From: an uncultured delta proteobacterium
Lineage (GTDB): Bacteria; Myxococcota_A; Polyangia; Palsa-1104
DNA: 64,000 nucleotides
Direction of reading: 5' to 3'
Assembly: GCA_963785725.1 (NCBI GenBank)
Contig: CAWAWS010000047.1
Coordinates: 131,883-195,882 of the forward strand
The notes beneath the pieces were generated by a model that saw only the letters and a program-made list of their open reading frames with translations, was not told where the DNA came from and searched no databases. The first letter of the stretch is position 1; each line of letters opens with the position of its first letter. The translations under genes were made by a program, and so were the position numbers. Shown here piece after piece: positions 10,712 through 20,449 of the stretch.

Positions 10712-11515
10712 AAGCCGATGAGGGCGCGGGCGTCGTCGAAGATGGCGTCGAACATGGGCTCGGTCAGGCGGCCGGTGAACGTGTTCTGCTGGCTCGGGTG
10801 GTACGAGCCGATGAGCGTGTAGTCGCCGACGGAGGCGCGGACGCCGTGGCCGAAACGCGCGCGGCCGGCGGCGTTCGGATTGTGGACGGCGATGGCGCGG
10901 AGGACGGCGTCCCAGGCGAAGGCGCCGAGACAGACGATGACGCGGGCGCGCGGGAAGAGGGCCAGATCGTCGACGAGATACGGCAGGCAGGCGTCGCGTT
11001 CGCCCGGGGTCGGCTTGTTGTCGGGCGGCGCGCAGCGGACAGCGAGCGTGATGTAGCAGTCGTGCAGGACGAGGCCGTCGTCGCGGGCGGTGGAGGTCGG
11101 TTGGTTGGCGAAGCCGGCGCGGTGGAGGGCGCGATAGAGCCATTCGCCCGAGCGATCGCCGGTGAAGGCGCGTCCGGTGCGGTTGGCGCCGTGCGCGCCG
11201 GGCGCGAGCCCGACGACGAGCAGACGCGCGCCGGGGTCGCCGAAACCGGGGACCGGGCGCGCCCAGTAGGTGTCGTCGGCGTAGGCGGCACGTTTGTCGC
11301 GGGCGATGGTGGCGCACCAGTCGACGAGACGGGGACAGCGGCGGCAGGCGATGATGCGCGCCTCTTGCGCTTGCAGCGACGGCGGCGTGGAGGTGACGGA
11401 AGCAGATTTCGTCGCAGCCGCGCGCTTCGTCGCTGACGCGGGCTTCGGCTGCTGACGTCATGGCGGACGCGGGCGGACGCGGCGACTTCGACGTGGGCGT
11501 GCGGCGCGGCGTCAC
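10708..11515 (-). CDS. Uracil-DNA glycosylase family 5 (UdgB-like), with an apparent frameshift near 11445
   Basis: Not in ORF track. Manual translation gives CRRCPRLVDW...WARPVPGFGD...GLAPGAHGANRTGRAFTGDRSG...SYHPSQQNTFTGRLT. The start codons lie in another frame upstream of ~11445. Confidence 0.9.
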
Positions 11516-12153
11516 GGCTGGCGCGGCGCGCTCACCGGCGTCGGCGCCGAGCCATCGAACGTCGCCACCAGTCGCTGCAGCGCCGCCCGCGCGCCGCCGA
11601 GAATCGACTCGCCGTCCGCGAGCAGCAGCACATCGAAGTCGACCTCGGCCGCGATGCGCGTCAGCGACCGGCGCAGCTCGGCGGGCGCATCCATGACCGC
11701 GTCCGGCAGCAAGCTCAAGCGGCCCGGCGGATTGCCGACGCAGGCATCACCGACGATGAGCAGCCGCTTCTCCGGCCAGTGCAGCGCGACCTCGCCCGGC
11801 GACTTGCCGGCCGCGGCCACGATCGTGAACGGCCCGACGCGATCGCCGGGCGCGATCGAATCGTCGACGACGACGCCTTTGTCGCGCACGAAGTCGGCGT
11901 CGGCGGCGTGAACGGAGACGCGCGCGCCGGTGCGCTCGCGGATGCGGGCGGCGGCGCGATAGTGGTTGCGGTTGGTGAGGATGATGCGGGCGACGCCGTG
12001 CTCGACGAGCGCCGCCAAGTCGTCATCGCCGGGCTCGACCGGGTCGATGCAGACGTTGCCGTCGGGTCGACGCGCGATGAAGCCGTGAAAATCGTAGCCA
12101 AAGCGAGCCGAGAACCAAGCCCACGTGTGGATGCCGGCAAAGATTTCGCGCAT
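11512..12153 (-). CDS. MBL-fold protein with degenerate metal-binding motif
   Basis: VCIDP, IILTNRNHYR, GKSPGE and LIVGDA; start taken at MREIFAG. Confidence 0.75.
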   Translation of the reverse strand: MREIFAGIHTWAWFSARFGYDFHGFIARRPDGNVCIDPVEPGDDDLAALVEHGVARIILTNRNHYRAAARIRERTGARVSVHAADADFVRDKGVVVDDSIAPGDRVGPFTIVAAAGKSPGEVALHWPEKRLLIVGDACVGNPPGRLSLLPDAVMDAPAELRRSLTRIAAEVDFDVLLLADGESILGGARAALQRLVATFDGSAPTPVSAPRQP

Positions 12154-12223
12154 GCGCTGCGGGTAACACGCGCGCGCCTTCAGATCCAGTGGCGCGGCGT
12201 CGCGGTCATGACAAGAGCGGCAG

Positions 12224-14272
12224 CTAGGGCTGAAAACCGGCCAATTTCCACAACGGCGCCGGCTCGTAGGCATGTCCGCGCGCGATGACGAGCGTGACCT
12301 TGCGCGTGTCGCGAATGTCGGCGAGCGGATTGCCGGCGACGACGATGATGTCGGCGCGCTTGCCGACGGTTACCGTGCCCAGCTCCTTGTCGCGACCGAG
12401 CAGCTTGGCCGGCACCGACGTCGCCGACTGCAGCGCCTCCATCGGCGTCAACCCCGCTTCGACATACAGCTCGAGCTCGCGATGCAACGAATGGCCCAGG
12501 ATCGCCTGATCGGTCCCGGCGACGATGGGCACGCCCCGCCGATGCGCCTCGGCGACGATCTCGAGCCACTTCTTGAAGGACTCGGCGCCTTCGGCGGCGT
12601 GCGCGGGGTCGACGCCTGGGAATTGGTCGCGCAGCACGCGCGGCTGCTTGGCGCGACCGGGCTCGCGACGATCGAGCTCGGCCGCGGGAAAGGAGCCCTC
12701 CTCGTACACCGCCAGCGTCGGATCGAACGCCACCTGACGCGCCGCCATCTTGCCGAGCACGCGCTGAATCGCCGGCGACTTCACGTCGAGACCGATGAGC
12801 AGCTGGTGGCGCTGCGCCGGCGACAGCTTGCGCAGCTCGGCGAAGGTGCGCGGATAGACCATGCTCGCCATCATCGAGACGTGGTTCACGCCGTCGAAGC
12901 CGTCGTCGACCGCCTCTTCGATCGTCAGGCCTTGCGGGATGTGGCCGGTGACGCGCAAGCCGCGACGATGCGCCTCGGCCACCAGCGCCGGCACCAGCTC
13001 CGGCTTCAGGCTGGAGTAGATCTTGAGCGCGTTGCAGCCCGCTTTGACCAGCCGATCGATGATGGGCGCGATGTCGGCGGGCGAGTTGACCCGCAACGTG
13101 CCGATGGCGTACGGGCCGTCGCTGTCGACGATGCCGTCGGAGATGATGCGCGGGCCGACGCCGCGGCCGGCCTCGACGGCGTCGCGCAGCGCCGTGATGA
13201 ACTCGAGGATGTTGCCTTCGTCGCGCACCGTCGTGACGCCGGCGGCCAAGTAGACCGCGGCCTGCTCGACCTGCTCGACGTGCGCGTGCATGTCCCACAA
13301 GCCGGGCAAGATCGTCTGGCCGTGCACGTCGACGCGGCGCGCGTTGGCGGGCACGCTAGTCGTCGCGCGCGGACCGGCGGCGAGGATGCGATCGCCCTCG
13401 TACACGACGACCGCGTCTTCGATCGCCGGCGCGCCCGATCCGTCGACGAGCCGACCGCCGACGAGCGCGACCGGACCGGCTTCGGCGCGGCCGTGCGCGG
13501 CTTCGGCCAGCCACGCGACGGCATCGGCGCCGGCACGCGCGACGAACGCTTCGACGAGCGGCGCGTAATCGTCCCGCGCGCCTTCGAAATGATCGAACTC
13601 GGCGTCACGCGTCACGATCGCGGCCAAGTCGTGCTTGTCGTCGAGCCACAAGTCTTGCCGCCCCCACGCCAAACCTTGGACGACGACGTGCTCGAACCCA
13701 ATCGAGCGACCGTCGAGCGGGTAGTTCTCGTGGCCGCGCGACTCGATCGTCGCTTCACCCGCGGGCAGGAGCGTCAGCTGTCGCGGACGACCGAGCGCGA
13801 TCCAGCGCCGCAACAGCAGCTCCTCGCCGAGCAGCGGCGCGTAAGCGGCGGCGACCGCGAAGGGCGCGCTCGGCGTGACGACGCGCAGTGGCGCGCCAAG
13901 GCTGCGCACGGCGAAGCGGCCGTCACCGAGCGCGAGGACGTGGTCGTCGGTGTCGGCGAAGCGCGAGAGCGAGCCCCAAGCGTCGAAGCGGCGCGGCGTG
14001 CCGTCGCGGCCGAGGCGGAAGCTGGCCGCGAGCGGCACGTTACTGCCGCGATCGTTGAAGATGAAGCTGGCCTTGGCCTCGACGCCGCCGTCGGCGATGG
14101 GCGTGAACGTGTCGTTCTCGACGCCGATACGCTGCAGGAACTTGTAGAGGACGTAGCTCGATCGCGCGCTCGGCTGCGTGGCGCTGACGGCGAGCTCGTC
14201 GAGCGGCCGCGCGACCGGCAGCGGATGGCAAGCGGCCAGCGCCAGTGCAGCTACGACGAAACGGATTCGCAT
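12224..14272 (-). CDS. Amidohydrolase family lipoprotein
   Basis: Lipobox LAAC; PGLWDMHAH, AGVTTVRD, IVAGTD and GKRADIIVVAGNPL motifs. Confidence 0.9.
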   Translation of the reverse strand: MRIRFVVAALALAACHPLPVARPLDELAVSATQPSARSSYVLYKFLQRIGVENDTFTPIADGGVEAKASFIFNDRGSNVPLAASFRLGRDGTPRRFDAWGSLSRFADTDDHVLALGDGRFAVRSLGAPLRVVTPSAPFAVAAAYAPLLGEELLLRRWIALGRPRQLTLLPAGEATIESRGHENYPLDGRSIGFEHVVVQGLAWGRQDLWLDDKHDLAAIVTRDAEFDHFEGARDDYAPLVEAFVARAGADAVAWLAEAAHGRAEAGPVALVGGRLVDGSGAPAIEDAVVVYEGDRILAAGPRATTSVPANARRVDVHGQTILPGLWDMHAHVEQVEQAAVYLAAGVTTVRDEGNILEFITALRDAVEAGRGVGPRIISDGIVDSDGPYAIGTLRVNSPADIAPIIDRLVKAGCNALKIYSSLKPELVPALVAEAHRRGLRVTGHIPQGLTIEEAVDDGFDGVNHVSMMASMVYPRTFAELRKLSPAQRHQLLIGLDVKSPAIQRVLGKMAARQVAFDPTLAVYEEGSFPAAELDRREPGRAKQPRVLRDQFPGVDPAHAAEGAESFKKWLEIVAEAHRRGVPIVAGTDQAILGHSLHRELELYVEAGLTPMEALQSATSVPAKLLGRDKELGTVTVGKRADIIVVAGNPLADIRDTRKVTLVIARGHAYEPAPLWKLAGFQP

Positions 14273-14407
14273 GTTGGGCTCATACGATCTAGTGCGCCGG
14301 GCGGTCCAGCGGTTTCGCGGACGCACGAAGATTGCGCGGCTGCGCTTCGACGCGAACACAAATGACCGGCGATGGCGGTGAAATGCCGAGAGAAAACGGC
14401 GAGGCGG

Positions 14408-15094
14408 CTACTTCGGCGCTTGGCCGCGCGTGATGAGCTGCGCGCTCCACAGCTTGCTCGAGCCCCACTCGACGAGGATTTCGCCGCACACTTCGCAGTG
14501 CACCGACGGAGCCTGGCCGTTCGAGCGGGCGCTGTCGAGCACGTACAGGCTGCTGCACACGCCGCACAGGCGGTAGTTGTGCTTGCCGCAGATCTGCGCG
14601 CTGTACCAGCCGGTCGGCAGCTCGGCGCGGCGGTGCCAGTCGACGGACGCTTCGCTCGTGCAGCCGTCCTCGGTGCATTCGCGCTTTTCGCGCACGGCGA
14701 CGCGATAGCCGGCGGCGACCAGCAGCGCGTGCATCTCGTCGATGGCGGCCGCGTCCGGCCGTTCCGGCCAGACGAGCGCGCCTTCGACGCCGACGACGAT
14801 GACCGAAGCCACGCCGGTCTTGGCCACGCGGCCGGCGATCGTCAAGTCGCCGAAGCGCCGCCGATCGACCTCGCCCGCGGCCGGCGCGAACAGCGCCAGC
14901 GCCCGCCGCGCCACGTCGGCGACGTGACCTTTGTCGGCATGCGCCGCGTCGATCGCGCTCAGCGTCAGCGACAAGTTGACGGCGTGTGGCCGCGGCGTCG
15001 CCGTGCGCGCGCCGATGGGCTCGATGAGCGCCGTCGCCGTCGGCTTGACCGGCACCGCCGCCACCGCGACCTTCTCTTTCGGTAAGATCGACAT
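14408..15094 (-). CDS. Hypothetical protein with Cys-rich, putative Zn-binding C-terminus
   Basis: Start MSILPKEK; CTEDGC, CGKH, CGVC and HCEVC motifs. Confidence 0.65.
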   Translation of the reverse strand: MSILPKEKVAVAAVPVKPTATALIEPIGARTATPRPHAVNLSLTLSAIDAAHADKGHVADVARRALALFAPAAGEVDRRRFGDLTIAGRVAKTGVASVIVVGVEGALVWPERPDAAAIDEMHALLVAAGYRVAVREKRECTEDGCTSEASVDWHRRAELPTGWYSAQICGKHNYRLCGVCSSLYVLDSARSNGQAPSVHCEVCGEILVEWGSSKLWSAQLITRGQAPK

Positions 15095-15099
15095 CGGGC

Positions 15100-15495
15100 T
15101 CAGCGACGCAACGCGGCCAAGTCTTGCCGCATGTGCGTCGCCGAGGAGAACTGCTGGAAGGTGAGGCCGCGCTGCTTCTTCCGCGCGTCGGCGAAGCTCA
15201 CCCACGACGCCGCCGGATGCGTCGCGCCCGCGTGGCCCTGCACCGTCCAGGTCACGCCCCAATAGCTGCGCTCTTCGTCGAGATGACCGACGACGACCGA
15301 CGGCCGTCCTGGCTGCGGCTTGGCCGGCGCGTAGACGCGATGGAACTCGTAGCTGCCCTGCCCGCTGCCGTCGGAGAACGTCCAGGCGGGCTGCGATTCG
15401 TAGCCGGGCGGCAGCTCGGGCGCGCAAGCGGCCAACGCCGTCCCGCGCGTGTGTGCGGTCGTGAGCTCTCGATTCTCGGTCGTCGTGCGATCCAT
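15100..15495 (-). CDS. Hypothetical protein
   Basis: 131-aa ORF directly upstream of the 14408-15094 gene. Confidence 0.6.
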   Translation of the reverse strand: MDRTTTENRELTTAHTRGTALAACAPELPPGYESQPAWTFSDGSGQGSYEFHRVYAPAKPQPGRPSVVVGHLDEERSYWGVTWTVQGHAGATHPAASWVSFADARKKQRGLTFQQFSSATHMRQDLAALRR

Positions 15496-15574
15496 TGAAC
15501 ACTTCCGATCTAAAGATGTTGCGAGGTCGAACTAAAACACGCTGATATCAATATATTTATATCAACTTATTGAC

Positions 15575-16957
15575 TCAGCTCTCCAAATGCGGGCGCAGCT
15601 GGCCGGCGACGCGCTGGCGCCGCAGCTTGCCGAGCGCCTCGGCTTCGATCTGCCGGATGCGCTCGCGGGTCAGGCCGAAGACGCCGCCGATCTCCTCCAG
15701 CGTCTGGTCGCGCGCCTGACCGATACCGAAGCGCATGCGCAGGATGCGCGCCTCACGATCGCTCAAGCCTGCCAGCGCCGCGTGCAGGCTGTCGGCCAGG
15801 TCGGTCGCGTAGAGCGTCTCGGCCGGCGATTGCGCCTGCTCGTCCGGCAAGAAGTCGCCCAGCGTCGCCTGCTCGTCGCCGATGGGCAGCTCGAGCGACA
15901 GCGGCTCGCGCCCGAGCTCACCGACGAGCCGCACGCGCTCGAGCGACACGACGAGGTGCTGCGCCAGCTCCTCGTCCGCGGGCGGACGGCCGAGGCGACC
16001 GGTGAGCACGCGCGTCGCCCGCGCCACGCGCGTCATCTCGCTGCGCAGGTTGGCCGGCACGCGAATGGTGCGCGGCTGATCGGCGACGGCGTTGGCGACC
16101 GCGACGCGAATCCACCATGTCGCGTAGGTCGCCAGCCGAAAGCCGCGGCGATGGTCGAACTTGTCGATCGCCTTCATGAGGCCGATGTTGCCCTCTTGCA
16201 CGAGGTCGAGCAGGTCGAGGCCGCGCTGCTGGTAACGCTTGGCGATCGACACCACCAGCCGCAAGTTGGCGCGCAGCAGAGCCGCGCGCGCCAGCTCGGC
16301 CTCATGCGCGCCGGCCCGCAGGCGTTGCAGCGTCAGCCGCAGCGCCGCCGTCGCTTCGCCGCTGACCGCCGTCGACCGCGCCTGATTCGTGCGCGCCGAT
16401 TGCGCGCGGCGTGCCAGCTCGGTCGCCACCTCGTCGACGACGCGCTCCAAGATTCGCGCGCGAAACCACTGCCGCGCTAGGCGTTGCAGCATGACCGCGC
16501 GTCGCGCCGCGAGCGGCGCGCGCAACGGCGGACGCGCCGCCGGCTTGGCCGCGGCCAGCCGTGTCGTCAGCCGCTCCTGATCGACGCGGAAGTCGCGCAG
16601 CGCGGCCACCAGCTCGACGAGCTCGAGCCGGCGGGCGCTCTCGTCGAAGTCGGCGTGGCGCGGATCGACGTCGACGAGCGCCTCCGACGTCGGCGCGCTG
16701 CCGTTCGCGGCCGCCTCGGCCACGCGCACGAGCGCCGCGAGCGCGACCGGGCTCACCAGCGCCGCCTGCAAGAGCTGCCGATCGCCCGCCTCGACGCGCT
16801 GCGCGAGCGCGATCTCGCCGTCGCGGGTCAAGAGCGGCGCGACGCTGATCTGAGCCAAGTAACGGCTCAGCGGATCGCCGCGCCCGGCGCCGCTCGGATG
16901 TGCCGAGCGCGTCGAAGCGACCGAGCCTGGCGAACGTGAGTGCGCGGCTAGCGACAT
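15575..16957 (-). CDS. RpoD-like sigma70 family sigma factor lacking region 1.1
   Basis: Region 1.2 [25 protein letters not shown]; region 2 [13 protein letters not shown]...[15 protein letters not shown]...TYATWWIR; region 4 [20 protein letters not shown]. Confidence 0.93.
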   Translation of the reverse strand: MSLAAHSRSPGSVASTRSAHPSGAGRGDPLSRYLAQISVAPLLTRDGEIALAQRVEAGDRQLLQAALVSPVALAALVRVAEAAANGSAPTSEALVDVDPRHADFDESARRLELVELVAALRDFRVDQERLTTRLAAAKPAARPPLRAPLAARRAVMLQRLARQWFRARILERVVDEVATELARRAQSARTNQARSTAVSGEATAALRLTLQRLRAGAHEAELARAALLRANLRLVVSIAKRYQQRGLDLLDLVQEGNIGLMKAIDKFDHRRGFRLATYATWWIRVAVANAVADQPRTIRVPANLRSEMTRVARATRVLTGRLGRPPADEELAQHLVVSLERVRLVGELGREPLSLELPIGDEQATLGDFLPDEQAQSPAETLYATDLADSLHAALAGLSDREARILRMRFGIGQARDQTLEEIGGVFGLTRERIRQIEAEALGKLRRQRVAGQLRPHLES

Positions 16958-16962
16958 CGACT

Positions 16963-17185
16963 TCAGTTGAGGTAGCTCTTCGGTTTAGGCCGTCCCAGCT
17001 GCACGATCTGATGCGGCTGTCGCGGCGGACGACGCGCCGGCGGCGGCGCGCGCTCGGGCGTGACGACTTCGATGGTCGACTTGCCGGCCACGGGCGCCTC
17101 TTCGCGCGGCGCCTTGGCGTCGTCGTTGGCGGGGCCGTCGCCGGTGCGCGGGCGATCGTCGGACGGATCGCGGTCGTTGCTCATG
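16963..17185 (-). CDS. Small hypothetical protein
   Basis: [10 protein letters not shown]...KPKSYLN with RBS GAGG; stops just before the sigma factor start. Confidence 0.5.
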
Positions 17186-17532
17186 GCGAATACCTCTCGG
17201 TTGGTGCGCGTGCGCCACTCCGATGGAGTCGCGTCGTGCCAGAGATCGCGAAGTTGCCGAGAAGTCGTCGCGCTCGAACCTGTAGGGCGCGACGAGAAGA
17301 GGATGAACGCAGTCCTGCGTCTGCTGCCCTTCATTATCGCTCGTCGCAGCCGCAACGGCACCGATTTCGCATCGACAATCGCGCTTACCGTCGCTGGCAC
17401 GCGCACCTATCGCGCCCCTTCGCCGGCGCGGCCGAGCCCGAAACGCCGCGATCGCCTTGCCCGGCGGAGGTCGCGGCCAACGCCCTGGCGAGCGGTCGAC
17501 AGGCTCGCCAATTCGTTACAGCGAATCGATTT

Positions 17533-17560
17533 GGATGATTTTGATTTTTATTTTCAAATT
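17533..17560 (+). promoter_or_regulatory. Fur-box-like AT-rich operator
   Basis: TGATTTTGATTTTTATTTTCA resembles the GATAATGATAATCATTATC hexamer array, in an otherwise very GC-rich context. Confidence 0.5.
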
Positions 17561-17616
17561 CAATTAACCCGGGTATGGTGCGCGCCAAATCCACTTCGTG
17601 AATGAGGAGAACCGGA

Positions 17617-18773
17617 TGTTGCAGCGCGCCCTACGAAGCTTTTGGTCAGTCCCGGTCGTGGTGCTTCTGCCGCTCGCCGGCTGCGGCGGCAGTGACAAGG
17701 CCATCGTCGACGCGCCCGCCGACATGTCCGTCGCGACGGGCGGCGACGCCAGCGCCAGCAATCAGCTGACCGAGACGGCGCTGACCGTGAGCCTGGAGCT
17801 CGTCGCGCCGACGACGACCGGCGTGAGCGACGGCGGCGTGCCGGCGAGCGAGCAGCTGCGCATCACGACGCGCGACGGCGTCACCGCCGTGCGCACCGAC
17901 TTGTGGCTGTACACGCTCACCGGCGGCAAGATGCAGGAGCTGGACGCGTTCACGGCGACGATCGGGCGCAAGACGAGCCACCTCATGCTGCCGGCGACGA
18001 TCGGCGGCGCGCCGTCGGGCCTCGCGCCTGCCGACGACGGCCGCAACAACGGCCTCATGACCGACAGCGCGCGCGGCTCGCTCATCCAAGGCGCCTTCGT
18101 CACCGCCATCGACGGCACCATCATCGTCACCTTCGCCACGGCGCCGACCGATCCCATCGTCGTCGTCGCCGGCGTCGAAGATCAGCGCTACGCCGGCGCC
18201 GCCGTCATCAATCCCGACGGCACGCCCGGCGACGTTCCCGCCGGTGTGGGCGCGCCCGAGACGCACGATCGCGTCTCCTACACGCACGACGTGGCGCCCA
18301 TCCTCAAGAAGCAGTGCGTCGACGCCTGCCACGACTCTGACGGGCCGCTGACCGCCCCGCTCTACCTGATGGATACGCAGGACCATCTCGTGAACGCCAA
18401 CTTCGCGCTCGCCGAGCAGACGGCCGACTGCAACACGAAGTATCCGAACGGCGGGCAGGCGCTGGCGTCGTGCATCCAGAACATCACGCAGGCGCAGTAT
18501 CTCGTCGAGCCGGGCGCGCCGTCGCTGTCGGACCTCTTGCAGCGGGCGCGGCCGGACGAGAACGCGAGCACGTCAGCGACGGGCCTGTTGTGGTACGGCG
18601 GCGGCAATCCGAAGGCGCGCTACAACGCGACCTATGGCGACCGGCGCATGCCCTCGACCACGACCAGCCTCGTGACGACCGACTGGACCAATCAGCAGCC
18701 GACCTACTTCGACATGACGCCCAAGGATTTCCAGACCATCTACGACTGGGTGGCGCAGGGCGCGTTGCCGTAA
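17617..18773 (+). CDS. Lipoprotein with cytochrome-c-like domain (CX3CH)
   Basis: RBS GAGGA, lipobox LAGC, VSYTHDVAPILKKQCVDACH, distal RRMP and C-terminal IYDWVAQGA. Confidence 0.75.
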
Positions 18774-18802
18774 ACACTACGGCCACGCACGTTTCAACGC
18801 GG

Positions 18803-18843
18803 GCGCGCGGTCGATTGCTCGATCGCGCGCGCTTTTCCTTTTC
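18803..18843 (+). terminator. Intrinsic terminator
   Basis: GCGCGCGGTCGA-ttgc-TCGATCGCGCGC stem followed by TTTTCCTTTT, about 30 nt after the stop at 18773. Confidence 0.7.
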
Positions 18844-18852
18844 TTGGGCGCG

Positions 18853-19275
18853 CTAGCGGAGGCGGGCGCGCGCAGGCGCCGAACGCAGCGCCGCCGCGCG
18901 ACGCAAGAGCGCGAAGCCGAGGATGCCGCCCGCCGTCACCAGCGCCGCTGCCACCAAGCCAGCCGACGAGCGCCGCTGCTTCATGACGCGCCGCCGCCCG
19001 GCCCGCTCGGTGAACGCCGCGCCGACGATGGCCGCCGACAGCGTCAACGCCGACAACGTCGCCAACGCCGTCGAGTGCCGCTTGGCGACGGCGACGATCT
19101 CGCCTGGAATCGCCGCCACCTCCTGCACGCGCTCGACGGCCACCGTCACGCGCTCGACCGTCTGCCGCACGCGCCCGGCCAGCTCCAACAGATGCTGATG
19201 GCTGCGCTCGCGCAGCGCCTCCAGCTCGCTGCGCGCCTGCGCCACTTCGTCTACGACAGGTTTGTCTGCGCCCAC
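18853..19275 (-). CDS. Hypothetical membrane protein (DUF3618-like partner of holin-like gene)
   Basis: Likely GTG start at MGADKPVVDEVAQARSELE; coiled N-terminus and two hydrophobic segments; overlaps the upstream gene. Confidence 0.5.
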   Translation of the reverse strand: MGADKPVVDEVAQARSELEALRERSHQHLLELAGRVRQTVERVTVAVERVQEVAAIPGEIVAVAKRHSTALATLSALTLSAAIVGAAFTERAGRRRVMKQRRSSAGLVAAALVTAGGILGFALLRRAAALRSAPARARLR

Positions 19276-19640
19276 TTCAGCTCCTTGTCGAGCTCGAGGC
19301 TGCTCACCGGCAGCAACGTGCGCACGCGCCGTCGCCAGCCGAGCGCGCACAGGACGGCGCCGGCCGCCAAGAGCGGCGCCGCCAACACCAACGAGCCGGC
19401 CCAATGTCGCCCGCCCATCGCCACGCCGAGGCCCATCGCCGCGGCCACGAGCAGCATCAGCATGCCGCTCAACGCCAAGCCCGCGCCCAAGCCGATGAGC
19501 ACCAGCATGCGCCGCTCCTGCACGAGCTGCTCGGTCGCCTCCAGCCGCAAGAGCTTCATCTGCTGCTCGGCCACCGCCATCAAGTGCGACAGCGTGCCCT
19601 TGACCAGCTCGAGCGTCTTCATGTCGCTTGGTTCCTGCAC
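19251..19640 (-). CDS. Holin-like (DUF1469/YhjD-type) two-TM membrane protein
   Basis: QQMKLLRLEATEQL followed by two TM helices and LELDKELKW; start approximate. Confidence 0.65.
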   Translation of the reverse strand: MQEPSDMKTLELVKGTLSHLMAVAEQQMKLLRLEATEQLVQERRMLVLIGLGAGLALSGMLMLLVAAAMGLGVAMGGRHWAGSLVLAAPLLAAGAVLCALGWRRRVRTLLPVSSLELDKELKWAQTNLS

Positions 19641-19725
19641 GGTCGCCGCCCCTTTCGCCGAATGCCGCTGATCTAATTGTATACGCAGCGAAACGACCGA
19701 TGGCAGACCCAAGCGCGTCAAAACG

Positions 19726-20439
19726 TCAGGGAACACGTTGATCGTGCAAGCGAATGAGCTCTTCGGTGAGATCGTATCCGGCCACCGGGAAGGTCGCTCG
19801 CCGACGATAAACGAGCCTGCGGCCGTCATCGGTCGCCTCGAACACGGCGTCGAGCTGGTGCTGCTTGGCCAGAGCTTCGAGGTCCGGCTTCAGCCGGGCG
19901 ATGAGGGCCAGGTTCGCCTCCTTCGTGTGACGCTGCAGCTCCTCGCTCAGCTCGTCGAAGCGGTGGCGCAACGGCCCATGCTGCAACGCCTGCGTCACCT
20001 GCTGTCGCTGCTCCAGCGTCGGCGTGCCTTGGATGCCCAATTGCGCGATGACCGCCCGTTGCATGCGATCGAGCTCTCCCTGCTTGAGGTCGAGCTCTTT
20101 TTGCAGCCGCGCGTGCTCGGCGACGCCGTCATGCGATCGATCGAACACCGCTCGTAAGCTGAAGCGACCGAGCCGCTCGCCCGCGCGCACGGGATGCGCC
20201 TCTTTGCCGAGCAGCACCATCGTCACGTCGAGATCGGGCGCCGCATAGAACAGCTGATCGTCCTCGAAGACGAGGTTGAGGCCATGTTGGCGCGCGAACG
20301 ATGCCGTCAGCCGGTTCACCTCTCGTTGGCTCGGCAGCGACTGCACGGAGGCCCACTCGTCGCGGTTGACGACCGCGAAGCGCGGCGGCGCGGCACAGGC
20401 GGCGACCCACACGAACACGAACGCGACGCGGCGGCTCAC
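19726..20439 (-). CDS. OmpH/Skp-like lipoprotein
   Basis: VAAC lipobox; FARQHGLNLVFEDD...DLDVT and LAKQHQLDAVFE...YDLTEELIR resemble Skp C-termini; central coiled coil. Confidence 0.6.
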   Translation of the reverse strand: MSRRVAFVFVWVAACAAPPRFAVVNRDEWASVQSLPSQREVNRLTASFARQHGLNLVFEDDQLFYAAPDLDVTMVLLGKEAHPVRAGERLGRFSLRAVFDRSHDGVAEHARLQKELDLKQGELDRMQRAVIAQLGIQGTPTLEQRQQVTQALQHGPLRHRFDELSEELQRHTKEANLALIARLKPDLEALAKQHQLDAVFEATDDGRRLVYRRRATFPVAGYDLTEELIRLHDQRVP

Positions 20440-20449
20440 GCCGCGGACG

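Noticed and set aside
9212..11515. 767-aa protein from the ORF track
   Set aside because: The N-terminal part is an off-frame reading of the UDG gene; the LMF1 protein starts at 10711.
18853..19640. Prophage lysis cassette
   Set aside because: The holin-like family is a common chromosomal membrane protein; no endolysin, integrase or structural phage genes are present.
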